54,011 nt of DNA. Origin: a virus. Its lineage: Duplodnaviria > Caudoviricetes. Location of the stretch: positions 1 through 54,011 of IMG/VR virus record IMGVR_UViG_3300003465_000009. One strand, written 5' to 3'. Below the pieces are notes generated by a model that had not been told where the DNA came from, searched no databases, and was given only the letters and a program-made list of their open reading frames with translations. This document shows, in pieces, positions 46,224-54,011 of this stretch (position 1 is the stretch's first letter; each line of letters starts with the position of its first letter). The position numbers and the translations under genes are program-made.

Positions 46224-46634
46224 TCAACTGCTCTCGCGTCTGGTTTTTACTGCTACGTGTTCGGCAATTCTCACCGCCAATCGCATCGCCTCTGCTGAGT
46301 TTCCACAGTCACATACCGCGCGAAGTCTATCCAAGGCCTCTCTCTCATTCGGTAACAGCCGAAAGGACCGGACACGTCCGCTCACTGAGATTCCTGGACT
46401 CTCCCGCTTAAACCGCTTTGCAATGCCCGGTGCGTTCTCTACAGCCTCGGTTGCCAGTCTGAGGCACTGGATAATCACATCGATCACGTAACGCTTCCCT
46501 GGACGAAGCCAGAGGGCTTCCCGGACCGCTTCGATTGACCGCTCGTCATCGGCGTCGAACTTGATCGGGGCGAGTTGCTCGGCCGTAGCCGTCTCGGTGG
46601 TCGGTTCTTTACTCCGCTTCGTGCTCTTGGGCAT
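46224..46634 (-). CDS. hypothetical protein, paralog of the C-terminal domain of 47129..47953 (tandem RHH-like)
   Basis: PIKF...ALWL...IIQCLRLA...FRL.P.ER...CGNSAEAMRLAVRI; AAAGGA RBS. Confidence 0.75.
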   Translation of the reverse strand: MPKSTKRSKEPTTETATAEQLAPIKFDADDERSIEAVREALWLRPGKRYVIDVIIQCLRLATEAVENAPGIAKRFKRESPGISVSGRVRSFRLLPNEREALDRLRAVCDCGNSAEAMRLAVRIAEHVAVKTRRESS

Positions 46635-46914
46635 TGCTGTCCTTTTCGATGATCGGGTATCCAAAAAGCAACCGCCGCTCCAGCTGATCGAATTGCGGTT
46701 CCGGCTTCACTCCGCAGACCTTTTGCACGAGGTCCGCCATAGCGTCCGACGTTATCTCGCCGGCCATCATTTTGCCCATCGCGTCGTGCATCGTGTACTC
46801 AAACGGTCCGCCGATCGCTCGGCAGCCGCCGCGGTTGTGACAGTGCTGGCAATTGCCGTCGCCGTCGGTATCGTAGGCACACTTATCTTGCTGGGTCATC
46901 AGGAACCTCGCCAC
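46609..46914 (-). CDS. hypothetical Cys-containing protein
   Basis: CAYDTDGDGNCQHC motif. Confidence 0.65.
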   Translation of the reverse strand: MARFLMTQQDKCAYDTDGDGNCQHCHNRGGCRAIGGPFEYTMHDAMGKMMAGEITSDAMADLVQKVCGVKPEPQFDQLERRLLFGYPIIEKDSNAQEHEAE

Positions 46915-47107
46915 GGATTATCTCCGCTAGGGTCATGTGCAACAGGCGACGCACGTCCGCCTCTTTCACTTGCACGCAATGCCCGACGTTGACGGCACTC
47001 GTAACGACTTCATCAATTGACCGCCTGTCCCCATGCCGAACGTCTGAGCCGAGCACGAGTGACAACGCCCAAAACGCTTCGCGTTCGCCTTTTGTCATCG
47101 CAGCCAT
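46883..47107 (-). CDS. hypothetical protein
   Basis: GGAGG RBS. Confidence 0.6.
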   Translation of the reverse strand: MAAMTKGEREAFWALSLVLGSDVRHGDRRSIDEVVTSAVNVGHCVQVKEADVRRLLHMTLAEIIRGEVPDDPAR

Positions 47108-47128
47108 ACCGCCTCCGCCATCACGACT

Positions 47129-47953
47129 CTATGTCGTGGAAACTATAGCGGCTGGCATTTGCCACCGGCAACCACAGTCGAACCGCTCCATTCTCTCCGG
47201 GTCGGAGACCACCCACTCTCCGATCCTGACAGCCAGTCGCATGGTTTCAGCGTTATTTTCGCAGCCCAACACGGATCGCAGGTGTTCGAACCCCGCCCGC
47301 TCGTGCGGCCGTAGCCGGTAAACCCGCTGCTGGCCGTCATGCCGAACGCTCGAATTATCGACCTTGAATTGTCCGGCGATGTCAGGCAGTTCAGCAATGA
47401 CGTTCAACGCCAAGCGGATGCACTGGACTATGCCGTCGCTAATTTGTTCGAGCCAAAGGGCTCGCATGACAGCGGATAACGCTTGCTCATCGGCTTCGCA
47501 AAGCCGTATCGGTGAAAGCTGATTGGTGACCGGCGAGTATGGAGCCGTAGGCGGTGCATCCGGGCCTCGAAGCATGGCATTCATGCGCCTTCGATCTTCG
47601 CCGTTTTCCTGCGGTGTACCCCAGCGAAGGTTGTCTAGTCTGCAGTTTGCCGGATCAGGGTCGGGATCGTGGCACGCTTGCATCCCATCGGGGCATGGTC
47701 CAACGAACGCCTCCAGCACTAACCGATGTACTAATTTCGAGAACTGTTTTCCGCTGCGACTGAGCGTAACTTGAAGATAGCCATGCTCATTCGGACTTGG
47801 TTTCAGTCGCCTCAAGTGATCGCTGAGATACGCCTCCAGCCATCGGTTGGTGGAATTTCTTCGCACGGCCCAACACGACCAGACTGACCCATCGTTGCCG
47901 ACGCGATAGCCTGGGAATTCCAGGATGTCACGGTACTCAATAGGTTCGCTCAC
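47129..47953 (-). CDS. NUMOD4-HNH endonuclease fused to an RHH-like domain
   Basis: YRDILEFPGYRVGNDGSVWS; VHRLVLEAFVGPCP..QACH...NCRLDNLRWGT..EN; GTGA overlap. Confidence 0.85.
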   Translation of the reverse strand: MSEPIEYRDILEFPGYRVGNDGSVWSCWAVRRNSTNRWLEAYLSDHLRRLKPSPNEHGYLQVTLSRSGKQFSKLVHRLVLEAFVGPCPDGMQACHDPDPDPANCRLDNLRWGTPQENGEDRRRMNAMLRGPDAPPTAPYSPVTNQLSPIRLCEADEQALSAVMRALWLEQISDGIVQCIRLALNVIAELPDIAGQFKVDNSSVRHDGQQRVYRLRPHERAGFEHLRSVLGCENNAETMRLAVRIGEWVVSDPERMERFDCGCRWQMPAAIVSTT

Positions 47954-48342
47954 TGCCAGTCTCCCATTTTCAGACCAAGATTTACGATTACCAAATCCAC
48001 CTCGGATTCGGTTATGGAGTCGTCCGCTCGGCCGCGAAGCCGATTGACGGTCAGTCGACAATAGCCAAAAGGGTCCGCTAGTTTCTTCCACGCCAACTGA
48101 ACAACAATCGGCACTCTCGAATAATCGCCGCATTCTCGGTGATCGTCCTCACACAAATGCAACAGCGCCGCCCGGATGCTTAAAGCCATCGCTCTTGCCG
48201 GTCCCCTGGCTATCTCATGGAGCTGCTTCGCACGTTTCAGGCATCCCGGTCTCTGACACCAGCGGAACTCCGATCGGTACGACTCTCGAACTGGTTGTGC
48301 CTGACGGTTCTTTTTGGCGCGACGCGGAGAGTATGGACGCAT
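47950..48342 (-). CDS. HNH-like (NinG/Ref-like) Zn nuclease
   Basis: CQRPGC...LHEI...LHLCEDDH. Confidence 0.6.
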   Translation of the reverse strand: MRPYSPRRAKKNRQAQPVRESYRSEFRWCQRPGCLKRAKQLHEIARGPARAMALSIRAALLHLCEDDHRECGDYSRVPIVVQLAWKKLADPFGYCRLTVNRLRGRADDSITESEVDLVIVNLGLKMGDWQ

Positions 48343-48362
48343 TGCGATGGTATCCAGAGAGA

Positions 48363-48761
48363 TTATCCAACGTCCCGAACGGCATCGTCGTTTCCGAATA
48401 TCGCCTCACCCCGTGTTGCTCTTGCTCGCAACACGTCGAGCTTTTCTGGGCTGCCGGGTAGTGATCTCGCCGGTTCGCTCGGTTGGGGTGGCTGGGGCTG
48501 CTCAATCACCATGTTGTTCTGAATGGCGGTTTTGACTTGACCTCCCAGGATGTACTCAAAGAAATACTTCAAGGCGTCCTTGTCGCCTGCCTTTGCTCGC
48601 TTGACGATGCCGGCAACGATGTCTTTCACGTCCGATTCATTCACGCCGTTGAAGACGGCTGCTCGCAACCTCGCTTGCGCTGTTTGGCTTTCTTCGACTC
48701 GTTTCTGTTTTGGAGCGATGATGCTACGGTTTGATCCGCTTGGCTTTGAAGTTGTGGCCAC
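48363..48761 (-). CDS. hypothetical protein (TerS/DUF5681-like helical motif)
   Basis: IVKRAKAGDKDALKYFFEYILG; GAGGAG RBS. Confidence 0.7.
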   Translation of the reverse strand: MATTSKPSGSNRSIIAPKQKRVEESQTAQARLRAAVFNGVNESDVKDIVAGIVKRAKAGDKDALKYFFEYILGGQVKTAIQNNMVIEQPQPPQPSEPARSLPGSPEKLDVLRARATRGEAIFGNDDAVRDVG

Positions 48762-49504
48762 GTTGATGCGTCTCCTCGAATGATGGTTAGTGGGATTGCG
48801 TAGATGTCAGATGAACGGCCCTTACCCTGACCGGTCACACGGTGCCCTCTCAGAAGTCGCTGCACGAAACCACGGGATGCGAGATAAGCCAGATACGAAC
48901 CCCGGCCGCCGCGCCGGCGACGTTCGCCTGCATCCCATTTCAGGCTCTTTCGCGAGCCCAACCACGGAAGGCCGATGGCTTCTGCAATCTCGCGCCGCGT
49001 CATTGGCCCACGTTCATAAATCGCGTTCATAATTTGCACGGCGCGCGGCGGAAAATCGGAAGGCCATCCGCTATCGGTCGCGTATTCTTCAAACCGCTTT
49101 GAGCGGATCTCGGCCAACGATTTCACCCCGGCCGCTGCGCATTGAGCCTTCGTCTTCTCAGACACTCGCTCTCGACGATGCGATGAGTAGGCGTTATGCG
49201 GCAGACCCAGCTGCGTTCGAGTATCTCGAACCGTCTCCCGACTTACTCTTGGTCCGGTGTAAGCCGTTGCGATTTCTGAATCAGACCAACCAAGAGTGTT
49301 CTTTTCACGAATGAACGCATCCAGTTGGCCATCATGCTGCGGATGACGATTCGATAATCCAAAACGATCGGCCGCTTGATAGACGGCTGACTTCGTGGCT
49401 CTCAATTGCAGAGCACACCACGCAGCGCCGCGACGTCGGTAATGCCGGCGAAGAAATGCCTTCGCTGTGTCGTCCCAGTTCCGTTTCGTTCGTGTCTTGG
49501 CCAC
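48641..49504 (-). CDS. multi-HTH DNA-binding protein
   Basis: WDD...FLRRHY, GWSDSEIA, GPMTRREIAEAIG wHTH. Confidence 0.75.
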   Translation of the reverse strand: MAKTRTKRNWDDTAKAFLRRHYRRRGAAWCALQLRATKSAVYQAADRFGLSNRHPQHDGQLDAFIREKNTLGWSDSEIATAYTGPRVSRETVRDTRTQLGLPHNAYSSHRRERVSEKTKAQCAAAGVKSLAEIRSKRFEEYATDSGWPSDFPPRAVQIMNAIYERGPMTRREIAEAIGLPWLGSRKSLKWDAGERRRRGGRGSYLAYLASRGFVQRLLRGHRVTGQGKGRSSDIYAIPLTIIRGDASTWPQLQSQADQTVASSLQNRNESKKAKQRKRGCEQPSSTA

Positions 49505-49518
49505 TGCAACCTGTCCAT

Positions 49519-49776
49519 CTACGCTTGCACGTACTCTCTTGACTCGTCTCCGGTCGGACGGCGACGCCCACTATGTGGATGCCGCATCCATCCACTGGGC
49601 TCGCCGATCCCATCCCACGCGGCTAGTGCCGCAACTGCGGCTTCTGGCGTGTCGTATCACCAGCAGTCATCGACGGACCAATGACCGTCGCCGACGTTGA
49701 TTCTCGCTCGACCAAACGTCAGCGGAACAACTTCCGCGATTCGTCCATCTGGTAACTTTTTCACGATCGCATTCAC
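49519..49776 (-). CDS. candidate selenoprotein / TGA read-through protein, 85 aa (in-frame TGA at 49659-49657)
   Basis: GTGA-coupled start; frame open past TGA to a TAG 14 nt before the next gene; MNAIVKKLPDGRIAEVVPLTFGRARINVGDGHWSVDDCW-U-YDTPEAAVAALAAWDGIGEPSGWMRHPHSGRRRPTGDESREYVQA. Confidence 0.65.
49616..49651 (-). promoter_or_regulatory. bacterial SECIS-like stem-loop
   Basis: CACGC...GCCGC-AGTT-GCGGC...GCGTG; apical loop starts 20 nt after the UGA and contains GU. Confidence 0.5.
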
Positions 49777-49988
49777 AGGATCATTGACAACGGAATCGCT
49801 GGCGCTGCGGGAGGCATTTGCTCTTGGAGCTCCCGGTCAAACTGACCGGAGTCGTCGTCTTTGTGGACGGCGATGCGATGAACAAACACCTTGCACTTAA
49901 CGCCGCTCTCTGTGACGCCTTCCCATAGACGCACGGGAACGCCGTCGATCGTCGTAATCTTTTCGGTCGCTTCGATCTGAATTCGCAT
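49773..49988 (-). CDS. conserved small phage protein
   Basis: AGGAGG RBS; GVPVRLWEG.T..G...FV.RIAV. Confidence 0.8.
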   Translation of the reverse strand: MRIQIEATEKITTIDGVPVRLWEGVTESGVKCKVFVHRIAVHKDDDSGQFDRELQEQMPPAAPAIPLSMIL

Positions 49989-50018
49989 GGTCCCCTCCTT
50001 TGTCCGCTTCGGGTGTGT

Positions 50019-51515
50019 CTAAGCGGCGATAGCCGTGGTAATAGCTGCCGCCACATCGGGGCATACTGAGTTACCGATTTGCTTTGTCACATCGCCCTTG
50101 TTTCCATGAAACAAATAATGCGATGGGAATCCTTGAGCTAGAGACAGTTCAGCGTTAGCCAGCATTCGAAAGCCGACGTCCGCGACTCCTAGCTCTTGCA
50201 TCGTCGCGTACAGTCGGCGCTCTCCGTCTGTGCGTGGAGCAATCGCTACGGCCGATTGAATGACCGCGTAGCCAAGCCCACAACGATCACGAGTTGTCAA
50301 CGTGCAGAGTGGGTCGGTAACCGGGTATGCCTTGCCGTTGCCGTAGTAGGTGACGATGAACGGCATTATCAAATCGCCTGCGCCGCGAGTCGTCACCGTA
50401 GGTAGCGCATCGCTTAGGCCGTGCGAACGGTGCTGTTGCCCATCACGTTTGTTAACGTTCGGCTTGATAAATGGAATCGCGATGCCAGTCTCACCACGAT
50501 GCGCCGTGGTGATTGTCGGTAGTGTGCCACCGATCGAGGACAGCCGGCCGCCGTGCGTCAACTGGTAAATGAATGGCACTGCAAGATGAACGCCGCCATT
50601 AGCCGTCTGCGTCGGTGTCGGCTGTTCGATTGAACGCGGCGCGCCTCCGCCAAGTGATGACAAGGTGAAAGGCACTGCCATTCCATGATGAGCACCGCTG
50701 GCCGTCACGGTACTTATGGGTTGGTCGATCGACCGAGCCGTCATGTTGTTCCGCAATTCGACTACGAACGGTTCAACAAACTTTCGAAGCCCAGCGTCAA
50801 TCCTTAAAAGAGTTTTGTCTTTCAACGGATGTTTGCGTGCGAAGACGCTTTGACATGGTATCGACCAGTCGATGATTTCCGCCGCCGATCGCCACCGGTT
50901 CAAACGAAACCCCGGTAATTCACCACCGACACGTCGGGAGTGCGAAGGCTCTGGCCATCGGATAGAGCGATTACCCTTGCGGGCAACAACAAACAATCGC
51001 GTTCTCGATGTTGCCGCCCCATAGTCGGCAGCATTCAATAGCCGGTCATCGACTCTATATCCAGCAGAACGAATCGCTTCGATCCACGCAGAAAAGAAAC
51101 GACCTTGATAAGAAACCAAAGGCCTACCGTCAGCACCTACCGGCCCCCAGGATCTGAACTCTGGGACGTTCTCGATTACGATCCATTGAGGGCGGTGAAA
51201 CTCAACCCATCGCATCACGTCCCATGCACCGCTTCTAGCTTGATCGTTTGTCGGTCTGCCACCACGAGCCCGGCTGTGGTGAATGCATTCTGGCGAAGCG
51301 AAAAGCAAATCAATCTTCGGGCACTCACTGGGATTGACCTGATCTAACCGACTGTTGATATGCCTGGCATGCGGGAAGTTGGCGGAATGCGTCTCGACTG
51401 CAACCTGCCAATGGTTCACGGCGCAAACGACTCTCGCGGCTCCAGACTGTTCCGCTCCCTGTGATGTGCCACCCGCGCCGCAAAACAAATCCGCCGCTCT
51501 AAGAATTGAAGTCAT
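50019..51515 (-). CDS. DNA (cytosine-5)-methyltransferase
   Basis: DLFCGAGG, ASPEC, IENV, YG..TSRTRLF, RML, KQIGNSV. Confidence 0.95.
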   Translation of the reverse strand: MTSILRAADLFCGAGGTSQGAEQSGAARVVCAVNHWQVAVETHSANFPHARHINSRLDQVNPSECPKIDLLFASPECIHHSRARGGRPTNDQARSGAWDVMRWVEFHRPQWIVIENVPEFRSWGPVGADGRPLVSYQGRFFSAWIEAIRSAGYRVDDRLLNAADYGAATSRTRLFVVARKGNRSIRWPEPSHSRRVGGELPGFRLNRWRSAAEIIDWSIPCQSVFARKHPLKDKTLLRIDAGLRKFVEPFVVELRNNMTARSIDQPISTVTASGAHHGMAVPFTLSSLGGGAPRSIEQPTPTQTANGGVHLAVPFIYQLTHGGRLSSIGGTLPTITTAHRGETGIAIPFIKPNVNKRDGQQHRSHGLSDALPTVTTRGAGDLIMPFIVTYYGNGKAYPVTDPLCTLTTRDRCGLGYAVIQSAVAIAPRTDGERRLYATMQELGVADVGFRMLANAELSLAQGFPSHYLFHGNKGDVTKQIGNSVCPDVAAAITTAIAA

Positions 51516-51538
51516 TGAAAATCCTGCTTAAACGATTG

Positions 51539-52864
51539 CTACTTTTGGATGACAACCATCCGGGTTGACACGCCGGTCCGGTTGAACGACTCGATGCTGT
51601 TAAAAGAATTGGCCGGCAGCGCCTCGATCTCCGCGCCGACATACGCGAGCCATTGCTCGAACTCGTCTGAGCCTCGCGGCGTCATGATCGCCACCAACCG
51701 ACCGCCGTCTTTCAGCAGCTCGTAAGCGCGACGCACATGCTTCTCGTCTTGGCGTCGTTCAAATGGAGGGTTCATCAAGACTTTGTCGAACAGCTCGCCC
51801 GCCTTGAATTCTTCGAGGAAGTCACCGTGGACGGTCGCATAACCTTTCAGCAACAGGATCTCGACCAGCGAGTGACGCAGCTCGCACACGATCAACGCAG
51901 TGTTTGGACAGCTGCTGTTGATTTCGTCGGCGATTGAGCCGATGCCGGCCGACGGCTCCAGCACGCGGTCACCCTCGCGAATGTCTGCCGCTTCGAGCAT
52001 GCGAGCCACAACACTGACCGGGGTCGGAAAGAACCCGTCAATCTTCACGCCACGCAGTTTGCTGATCGCGTGGTCGAGGTCTCGCTTCCGTCGCTCCGCG
52101 GCCTCACGCTCGACGTCGGCCGATGATTTCACATTGTCGACCAGCTCACGCAATGCAACCGCTGCAGGTGACTTGTCCGCAAACTCATCGGTCTCCCGAT
52201 AGTCGTAATACCCTTGGGAGGCTCCGCGGGTGCGCATCATTTCGCAGACTTGGGCTTTGGTCTTGATCTCCAAAAGGATGTATGGGACTTGTCCGGCGTC
52301 GTAGGCTCTGGCCAATGCACGCAATGCGGCCTGCGCCCGCTGCAGGTTGTGCCCATCATGAACACGAGATGCGTGCTCGCGCCCCCGCTTCGGCGTCCAC
52401 CCCTGGGACATGGGAGCCAGCTTGGCCTCGATCGTTGACTCCATCGCGTCGGCCAGTTCGCGAAACTTCTCAGCCCGGTTCACGACGGCCGGCTTGGGCG
52501 TCGACTTCGGGGCTCGCTCGATATGCGGTTTACTGACAGCGGGTTCGCTATTCACCGGCACGGCCGGCGCGGTCTCACGTTGAATCGACCGAGCGACAGT
52601 TTTCTCGCCCAACTGATCGCGAAGCCACTCGGCGAACTCAGTCGCGGTCGATTCCTTTCTGAAGCCAAACCCCGCCGGGATCTCCTGCCACGCTCGCGAG
52701 TACCAGCCGCCGGTCTCAACGGCTTTCGCGTAGACTTTACGGAACAGCGGGGTATCAAGATTCCGGCCGGCGACAACCAACCAGTAATCGAATCGTCGGC
52801 GCTCGTTGAAGTGCTTTTGAACATCGACGCCAGCTGCAGGTCGTGAGAGAGTTGCTGTAGACAT
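51539..52864 (-). CDS. N6-adenine-type class I DNA methyltransferase with N-terminal extension
   Basis: FFPTP, VLEPSAGIG, GDFL, MNPPF, GGRLVAI; AGGAG RBS. Confidence 0.85.
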   Translation of the reverse strand: MSTATLSRPAAGVDVQKHFNERRRFDYWLVVAGRNLDTPLFRKVYAKAVETGGWYSRAWQEIPAGFGFRKESTATEFAEWLRDQLGEKTVARSIQRETAPAVPVNSEPAVSKPHIERAPKSTPKPAVVNRAEKFRELADAMESTIEAKLAPMSQGWTPKRGREHASRVHDGHNLQRAQAALRALARAYDAGQVPYILLEIKTKAQVCEMMRTRGASQGYYDYRETDEFADKSPAAVALRELVDNVKSSADVEREAAERRKRDLDHAISKLRGVKIDGFFPTPVSVVARMLEAADIREGDRVLEPSAGIGSIADEINSSCPNTALIVCELRHSLVEILLLKGYATVHGDFLEEFKAGELFDKVLMNPPFERRQDEKHVRRAYELLKDGGRLVAIMTPRGSDEFEQWLAYVGAEIEALPANSFNSIESFNRTGVSTRMVVIQK

Positions 52865-52932
52865 CCGTGCTCCTAGATGCTCTTGATCCAACCTATTCGT
52901 TTAGATTTTGCGATTGTTGGAAGTCTGCCGGC

Positions 52933-53091
52933 TTATTCAGCAGAGGGCGCCTCGCGCTCGTAATCGGCTTCAACTTCGGCTTCCACACGATCCGCCCAGT
53001 TGCGCAGAATTCTCGCGGGAAGCTCGAATATTGCAGCCCATTGGCGAGCGATATGGGCTAAGTGATACCAGTCGATAGCGAAGATGTTCAT
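52933..53091 (-). CDS. small hypothetical protein (52 aa, possibly leaderless)
   Basis: MNIFAIDWYHLAHIARQWAAIFELPARILRNWADRVEAEVEADYEREAPSAE; the ATG lies about 9 nt after a TATACT box. Confidence 0.45.
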   Translation of the reverse strand: MNIFAIDWYHLAHIARQWAAIFELPARILRNWADRVEAEVEADYEREAPSAE

Positions 53092-53099
53092 GGCGATGA

Positions 53100-53127
53100 A
53101 GTATAGCGACTCGCGATATCAATACAA
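53100..53127 (-). promoter_or_regulatory. sigma70-like promoter TTGTAT-N16-TATACT with AT-rich UP region
   Basis: consensus-like hexamers in an AT-rich intergenic stretch. Confidence 0.5.
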
Positions 53128-53245
53128 TCCATATCGGCCATAAAATTGAAATATATTTTAAAATCTAAAAGATTACACAAGGCGATGCCGCGGCAGAAGT
53201 TGCGGCTGAAGTGACCGTCGATCGGCCTAAAACGCTGCGATTTCT

Positions 53246-54011
53246 TTACGGTTCGCCGAGCATTTGGGGCATCAGAAAGTTGGCTGCCGTGACTGCAAAC
53301 CGGACCTTCGTCCCGTCGGCTCGCCAGCCGTCGTAGCTACTGCCGATCATGAACCCGTTGAACGTGGCCCAGCCGTCGGATGCCGAGCGGATCTCGAATT
53401 CCAGGGTGGATGGAGAAGTGCCGACGACGGCGTCGCCCGTCACCAGCTGCAGCGTGATCGGTACGTTCGCCTTCGGTAGCCCATTGGTCCCATAGCAACG
53501 CACTCGACCAGTAGCGAGCCCTGGGCCTGCAGGCTCCGGGACTTCGTCAGCTGTCAACTCGTAAGTCTGGTCGACGTCGTCAGCGACAACCAGCTCCACG
53601 GGAGTGAAGGTGTGCCCGACTGCCTCGATCGCTACTTCCCATGTGGCAGCGACGCATCCCAATTGAACAACTCCATCGCCGTCGGAGTAGTCAAATCTGG
53701 ATTGGCCAGTTCGAGAGAGACGCACGAGCGCAGACTCAACCGGGTTACCGTCTTCATCCTCGACGGTAATTGTCACGACATAGGGACCGATGCCGACACC
53801 TAAACTCGTCAACGTATCGACGATCAACTTGCCGATACTTCCCACCGTTGAAAGCGTCGCTGCGAGCGCCGCCCAAATAGCTGCAATTGCTCCGGCCGTG
53901 AGCCCCACCGTAGTGCCAGTAAGATCCGGCACCGTGAGCTTGATCGTGAAATTGGACTGCTGCCCGTCCACCGTTGCCGACACAACTAACACGAACTGAT
54001 CGCCGGCCACT
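53246..54011 (-). CDS. virion/surface protein with carboxypeptidase-regulatory-like domains (5' partial)
   Basis: ITVEDEDGNPVESALVRL...SDGDG; second unit ASDGWATF. Confidence 0.65.
   Translation of the reverse strand, partial: VAGDQFVLVVSATVDGQQSNFTIKLTVPDLTGTTVGLTAGAIAAIWAALAATLSTVGSIGKLIVDTLTSLGVGIGPYVVTITVEDEDGNPVESALVRLSRTGQSRFDYSDGDGVVQLGCVAATWEVAIEAVGHTFTPVELVVADDVDQTYELTADEVPEPAGPGLATGRVRCYGTNGLPKANVPITLQLVTGDAVVGTSPSTLEFEIRSASDGWATFNGFMIGSSYDGWRADGTKVRFAVTAANFLMPQMLGEP

Noticed and set aside
49332-49613. 93-aa minus-strand ORF as the gene filling this gap
   Set aside because: It overlaps the HTH gene by about 170 nt and looks non-protein-like; the TGA read-through frame fits the gap exactly.
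1-54011. Genome-wide stop-codon reassignment to explain the in-frame TGA at 49659
   Set aside because: TGA, TAG and TAA all end genes at tight ATGA/GTGA/TGATG junctions (for example 49773, 47950, 39391), and long genes are intact in code 11. Any recoding must be site-specific.
1-54011. CRISPR array
   Set aside because: No regularly spaced repeat-spacer units were seen; the repeats found are coding or two-copy operators.

Overview
This window is most of a temperate-type siphovirus-like (Caudoviricetes) genome, with almost all genes on the minus strand. A Planctomycetota/PVC host is inferred from csrA, the integrase type and the sigma factor. Reading from right to left, the modules are: two DNA methyltransferases; HNH and HTH genes; TerS/TerL; csrA; a portal with a C-terminal 2H-phosphoesterase (Acb1-like) domain; Mu-F protein; prohead protease; HK97 capsid; head-tail and non-contractile tail genes (G/GT -1 frameshift, tape measure); three paralogous tail-distal proteins; glycosyltransferase and methyltransferase; a sigma factor; a replication/RuvC module; a CAP protein; an atypical tRNA-Met(CAT); an internally deleted tyrosine integrase; a T4 Rnl1-like RNA ligase; and many small Cys-rich ORFs. 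The top finding is a gene missed by the ORF track (49519-49776, minus). It exactly fills an operon gap, carries one in-frame TGA in a D-D-C-W-[TGA]-Y context, and has a bacterial SECIS-like hairpin right after the TGA, making it a candidate phage-encoded selenoprotein. All calls come from reading the sequence by eye; no database searches were run.
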